Under the pieces are notes generated by a model, which saw nothing but the letters and a program-made list of their open reading frames with translations, searched no databases and was not told the DNA's origin. A stretch of 64,000 nucleotides of DNA, from NCBI GenBank assembly GCA_963668175.1, contig OY764159.1:320001-384000 (forward strand), written 5' to 3'. Source of the DNA: Syntrophales bacterium. GTDB lineage: Bacteria > Desulfobacterota > Syntrophia > Syntrophales > PHBD01. The position numbers and the translations under genes were made by a program. Positions 60,061 to 64,000 of the stretch are shown in pieces. Each line of letters opens with the position of its first letter. Within the stretch, counting starts at the first letter, position 1.

Positions 60061-60978
60061 CTATGCGGTGCGGGATGCGGTTCTGATCCCGTCCGCCGAT
60101 TTTTTATCCGCCCCGGATATGATATCGATGATTTCGTCGCCGTGCTGGCCGATTTTGTCATTGGACAAGATCCCGGCATGCGCCAAATCATCCCTGCTTT
60201 GAACCTTGATTTTAGATAACGCGAACAGATTCTGATCGGACATAACCATGAAAGCTGCGCGGTTGGCGTCTCTGGCTTTGCGAAAACGCCAGCCGAACAG
60301 CTTTTTCAGAATAATTTTCTGCTCCGCACTCAAGGTCAGATAGCCTTTGATCTTTTTATGTCCTTGGGGGTCTAAATCCTTGGCCCGCCACGTGAGTGAG
60401 GCGATGTTCTCAAAATGCGCCGCCGCCATCTGCCCCAGCCCCTTCTCCTGGATGTCAGAAGCCAGCCTTTCATACAATGCCGGCAGATATGCCGTATCCA
60501 ACGCCGCATAAGCCATTTGCTCTTCCGTAAGGGGCCTGTTATCCCACTGGGACCGCTGAATGGTCTTCTTTTTTGAAAACTCAACCCCGAGGTAATCCGT
60601 AATCAACTTGGAAAGGGCCAGATAATGGTTGCCCAGGATGTAAGCGGCGCGATGCGTATCGAAGATATTGCGGAATTCAAATCCGTAATCGCGTTTGAGG
60701 AGACGTATATCGTTGTCACCGGCATGCAGAACCTTAAGGACATCCGGATCGGCAAAGGGTTCTCCCAGAAATGAGATGTCCAGGCCGTTGAGAGGATCGA
60801 GCAAGTAGGTCATCCTCTCCGTTTTCAACTGGATAAGACACAGTTTATCGTTGAAATATCTGAACGAATCATACTCCGTATCCAGGCAAATGATACGGGA
60901 TGACGCAACATCACTTTTGATTTCAGTGAGTTTGCGTATTGTATCGATCCATATCCAACGACGCTTCATGTTAGACAT
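60061..60978 (-). CDS. rnd: Ribonuclease D-like 3'-5' exonuclease with HRDC domain
   Basis: LDTE, LCLIQ, KVLHA, FDT, W..RPLT..Q..YAALD; HRDC-like WR...A...N. Confidence 0.85.
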   Translation of the reverse strand: MSNMKRRWIWIDTIRKLTEIKSDVASSRIICLDTEYDSFRYFNDKLCLIQLKTERMTYLLDPLNGLDISFLGEPFADPDVLKVLHAGDNDIRLLKRDYGFEFRNIFDTHRAAYILGNHYLALSKLITDYLGVEFSKKKTIQRSQWDNRPLTEEQMAYAALDTAYLPALYERLASDIQEKGLGQMAAAHFENIASLTWRAKDLDPQGHKKIKGYLTLSAEQKIILKKLFGWRFRKARDANRAAFMVMSDQNLFALSKIKVQSRDDLAHAGILSNDKIGQHGDEIIDIISGADKKSADGIRTASRTA

Positions 60979-61299
60979 CCGAATTTACATATTTTAAGGA
61001 GCTTGCCGCATAAGTCGCTTAATTATATTAAGCAATTAAAACAAGCGTGCCGCAAAATCCCGCCCCATTCGGGGACACCAGGCCTAACCGGCGGTGCATG
61101 CTTATCAGATTTTTGCGAAAAGGTCTAACTTAAAAAAACATTATTCGTCCATTCATTGGCATTATTTTCGACGGCATGTTATTGACGGTCTTCATCTTAA
61201 CGTTACGTGCGATCAGCAAAACGGGTCGGAATCCATCATTGATCTTAGTCATGCGCATCGCCTGGAAGAAAGTTTTCGGCGTGATTTGGAGGTAAGTAA

Positions 61300-62919
61300 T
61301 TGAGGTTGATGAATTCCCGGGCTTACACGGAATACCCTTTGAAATTTATATGGATTTTATCGATTATGGTCGCCATCGGCTCTGTTGCATCCGTCTATGC
61401 CGGCAACTCTCAGAATGACATGGCCAGGGCGGAAAGCCTGCTGGAAGATGGGCAGTATCTCGAAGCGGTTGCGGTTTATCAGGCCGTTGCCGAGGGAACC
61501 GCGGAAACCGAGATCAGGGCCAAGGCGATCTTGCGTATCGGCGACACTTACGGTTTTCTTCTCAACAATTACGACCTCGCCCTGAATAAATACTGGTTGA
61601 TTAAGAGAGATTATCCAAAGACGCCTCAGGCGGAAACGGCCTATTTTAATTCGGGCATGATCTATTACGAAAAGCGCCAGTACAAAGAGGCTCTACAGCA
61701 ATTCAGCACGTACTTGAAGAATTATCCTCGGGGCGACCGCAGAGAAACAGCAGCGTTCATGGTCGAGGCGTGCAAGAAATCCGCAACGCCCTCCGGATCG
61801 ACGGAGGCCCGCCGGGCACGAACCGACGACATCCTGAAGAAGGACCAAGGCAACGCGATCAGGGTCATCATCGCTGCAAACGTTCCGGACATCCGGCTCA
61901 GGGCCGATTCCCCTTTTACTCTTTCCAGCAGCTCCGTAGGGAAGCAGGGAGCCAGCAAAGCATACCGGGAGGCCGCCATAAGGATGGCCCGAGGCGGCCT
62001 GGTCATTAACGAAACGGAAACGGAAGCGACTGAGATCACGGCCCAGCCCTCAGGCAATTCCCCTTTGATATCCGTCAACGGAAAAGCATACCGGGGCATG
62101 CTGAAGATTCAAGTCGTCAACAGGAACAGCCTTAACGTCATCAATATATTGGACATCGAAAGTTACCTTTACGGCGTCATACCCAAGGAAATGTCGCCGC
62201 AATCGCCGCTGGAAGCCCTAAAGGCCCAATCCGTGGCCGCCAGGTCCTTTGCCTTATACCAGAAGGCAAAAAGCAGGAACAAGGCTTACGACGTCTCCGC
62301 ATCTACGGGATCGCAGGTTTACGGAGGATTTTCCGTGGAATCGGCCGCGGCCAATCGTGCCGTCGACGAAACGAAAGGCGTGGTCATGATGTATAAGGGG
62401 CAACCTGCGCTGGCCTATTTTCATGCCAACAGCGGAGGCATAACCGAAGATGCCGGGAACGTATGGACCGCCGAGATTCCATACCTGAAATCAATTGCGG
62501 ACGAACCGAGTACGAGGGCCGCGAATATTGCGTGGTCGGCCTCTCTGAGTTTGGATACATTAAAGAAAGCTCTTTACAATAACGGCGTCAGAATATCGGT
62601 TATAACGAAAATCCGCGTCCTGCAGAATAGCCCCTCGGGACGAGTGACGAAGATCGCGATATCCTCTCCGGAAGGTGAAGTCGTCATGGACGGCAACGAC
62701 TTCCGCCTGAAAATCGACCCGGCTGTCATCAAGAGCACGCTTTTCACTATATCTTCAGGCGAAGCTGATGAGAACGCGATGATTCGTTTCGAAGGAAGGG
62801 GTTTCGGGCACGGCGTCGGTATGAGCCAGGGAGGGGCGCTCGTCATGGCCCGCGACGGATCCACTTACCGGGACATTCTTGCCCATTACTATCGGGGCGT
62901 TGAAATCATGGGGCCGTGA
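61300..62919 (+). CDS. TPR plus SpoIID/LytB-domain peptidoglycan hydrolase
   Basis: N-terminal hydrophobic helix, TPRs (YP...A), YLYGVIPKEM, EALKAQSVAARS, QVY, GFGHGVGMSQ.GA, ILAHYY.G. Confidence 0.88.
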   Translation: MRLMNSRAYTEYPLKFIWILSIMVAIGSVASVYAGNSQNDMARAESLLEDGQYLEAVAVYQAVAEGTAETEIRAKAILRIGDTYGFLLNNYDLALNKYWLIKRDYPKTPQAETAYFNSGMIYYEKRQYKEALQQFSTYLKNYPRGDRRETAAFMVEACKKSATPSGSTEARRARTDDILKKDQGNAIRVIIAANVPDIRLRADSPFTLSSSSVGKQGASKAYREAAIRMARGGLVINETETEATEITAQPSGNSPLISVNGKAYRGMLKIQVVNRNSLNVINILDIESYLYGVIPKEMSPQSPLEALKAQSVAARSFALYQKAKSRNKAYDVSASTGSQVYGGFSVESAAANRAVDETKGVVMMYKGQPALAYFHANSGGITEDAGNVWTAEIPYLKSIADEPSTRAANIAWSASLSLDTLKKALYNNGVRISVITKIRVLQNSPSGRVTKIAISSPEGEVVMDGNDFRLKIDPAVIKSTLFTISSGEADENAMIRFEGRGFGHGVGMSQGGALVMARDGSTYRDILAHYYRGVEIMGP

Positions 62920-63024
62920 AGAGCAGGCCTTTTTTACTTCCGCATGATCAATCCCCCGTAGATATTTCATAACCTGATTTTGTCCCGATGGCATCCCCTT
63001 GACCAGTCGTATCGGACGGAAAAG

Positions 63025-63055
63025 AAAAAGCCGGAGTTTTCGAACTCCGGCTTTT
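63025..63055. terminator. Bidirectional terminator
   Basis: Perfect hairpin AAAAGCCGGAGTT-ttcg-AACTCCGGCTTTT between convergent genes. Confidence 0.85.
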
Positions 63056-63079
63056 CATTATACAGACCCCGAGAGACGA

Positions 63080-64000
63080 TTATTTGTCATCTTCCTCGTC
63101 ATCGTAGTGCTTGATGGCTTCCTGGGACTCCAGCGGGATCTCGGCTTCGATCGATCTCGTGATGCCCCTCGCCAGAAGCGCCATGATGAAGAATAGCAGA
63201 ACAACGGATATGATGATGATGAGTGTAATCGTTGTGATCCAGGATTTGGACTCTTCCTGGATTTTCTTCGCCGTGGCAGCAGCCAGTTCGTTCGTCTTAT
63301 CGACGTCTATCCCCATCCCGATCCATCCAAACCCGGCCGGTTTCGGCAGATTCGCCGCGTAAAATTTGATGGGTGCATAGGCCACAAACTTCGTGTGTCC
63401 GGCAAATTTATAGGTTTTCATTCCATCCTTGCCGGCAGCGGCATCTTTAGCAATACCCGGCAGATTCGGATCCATAAATCCAAGCAGATTCAGATTTAAG
63501 ACTTCCTCCCCCTTCTTGATTTCGGCATCCTTGTTCTGCTCGGTGAGAGGCGGAACGGCCGATCCGTCGGGATAAAGACCGGCGATGTGGTAATCGGCAG
63601 GATGGGAAATGATGAAGCCCCTGCTGTCAACCATATACGCGTAATTACCCGTCGAGGGATCCGCTTCAAAGACCGGGGTGGACTGCGTCGGGACGATGTG
63701 GTCCGTTATACCCTCCAGGTGCCTCACATCAACGGCAAGGCAAAGAACCCCTGCGAAACCTTCTTTCCCGAAAACCGGTGCGGCGAAACGAATAACACCG
63801 GTGAAACGCTTACCTTTATCGAACTCGGCCTTGTTAACGTACCAACCGGCTATGTTGGATACGTAAATCTCGCCCCTGTTCAAACTTTTCGCTTTATTAA
63901 AATAGTCTTCATTCTTAAAGGTCGTATTAGCGGGGACTCCGACATTAGCCAGCTTCGCCTTGGGCGCTATCTCGCCATTGGCGATCTTGATAACTTCGTT
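63080..64000 (-). CDS. Cache-like extracytoplasmic sensor-domain membrane protein (5' partial)
   Basis: Frame stays open to the window edge; DYF..A, GVIRFAAPV, YAYMVDSRGFIISHP, VAYAPI, then one TM and a short acidic tail. Confidence 0.7.
   Translation of the reverse strand, partial: NEVIKIANGEIAPKAKLANVGVPANTTFKNEDYFNKAKSLNRGEIYVSNIAGWYVNKAEFDKGKRFTGVIRFAAPVFGKEGFAGVLCLAVDVRHLEGITDHIVPTQSTPVFEADPSTGNYAYMVDSRGFIISHPADYHIAGLYPDGSAVPPLTEQNKDAEIKKGEEVLNLNLLGFMDPNLPGIAKDAAAGKDGMKTYKFAGHTKFVAYAPIKFYAANLPKPAGFGWIGMGIDVDKTNELAAATAKKIQEESKSWITTITLIIIISVVLLFFIMALLARGITRSIEAEIPLESQEAIKHYDDEEDDK

Overview
Bacterial chromosomal segment. Gene content and protein style suggest a deltaproteobacterial anaerobe (Desulfobacterota, probably Syntrophales-like); this is inference, not a database result. 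Left half (minus strand): FlhG/MinD-like ATPase, GGDEF protein, radical SAM protein, a dcw cluster (mraZ-rsmH-ftsL-ftsI-murE-murF-mraY-murD-ftsW-murG-murC-murB-ftsQ-ftsA-ftsZ, no ddl), mltG, ruvX, and a TetR-led beta-oxidation operon. The centre (about 29.3-48.3 kb) is the most interesting part. It is a ~19 kb glycosylation locus around a sigma54-driven type IVa pilin gene. It holds eight predicted GT-C-type membrane proteins, including three tandem TMTC-like/TPR paralogues with mosaic near-identical DNA blocks, plus two GT2 enzymes, a B12 radical SAM enzyme and a SAM methyltransferase. Right part: queD-folE2-nadE-Zn finger-ADH, a two-subunit CoA-transferase, yajD, a Pro/Ala/Thr-rich lipoprotein, a hydantoinase/HDAC pair, a CMD protein, RNase D, a TPR-SpoIID protein and a partial Cache-like membrane protein. 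The supplied ORF track labels the pilin (45668-46039) as '+', but the sequence shows it on the minus strand. I saw no rRNA, tRNA, CRISPR array or transposase. All family calls come from motif recognition by eye.
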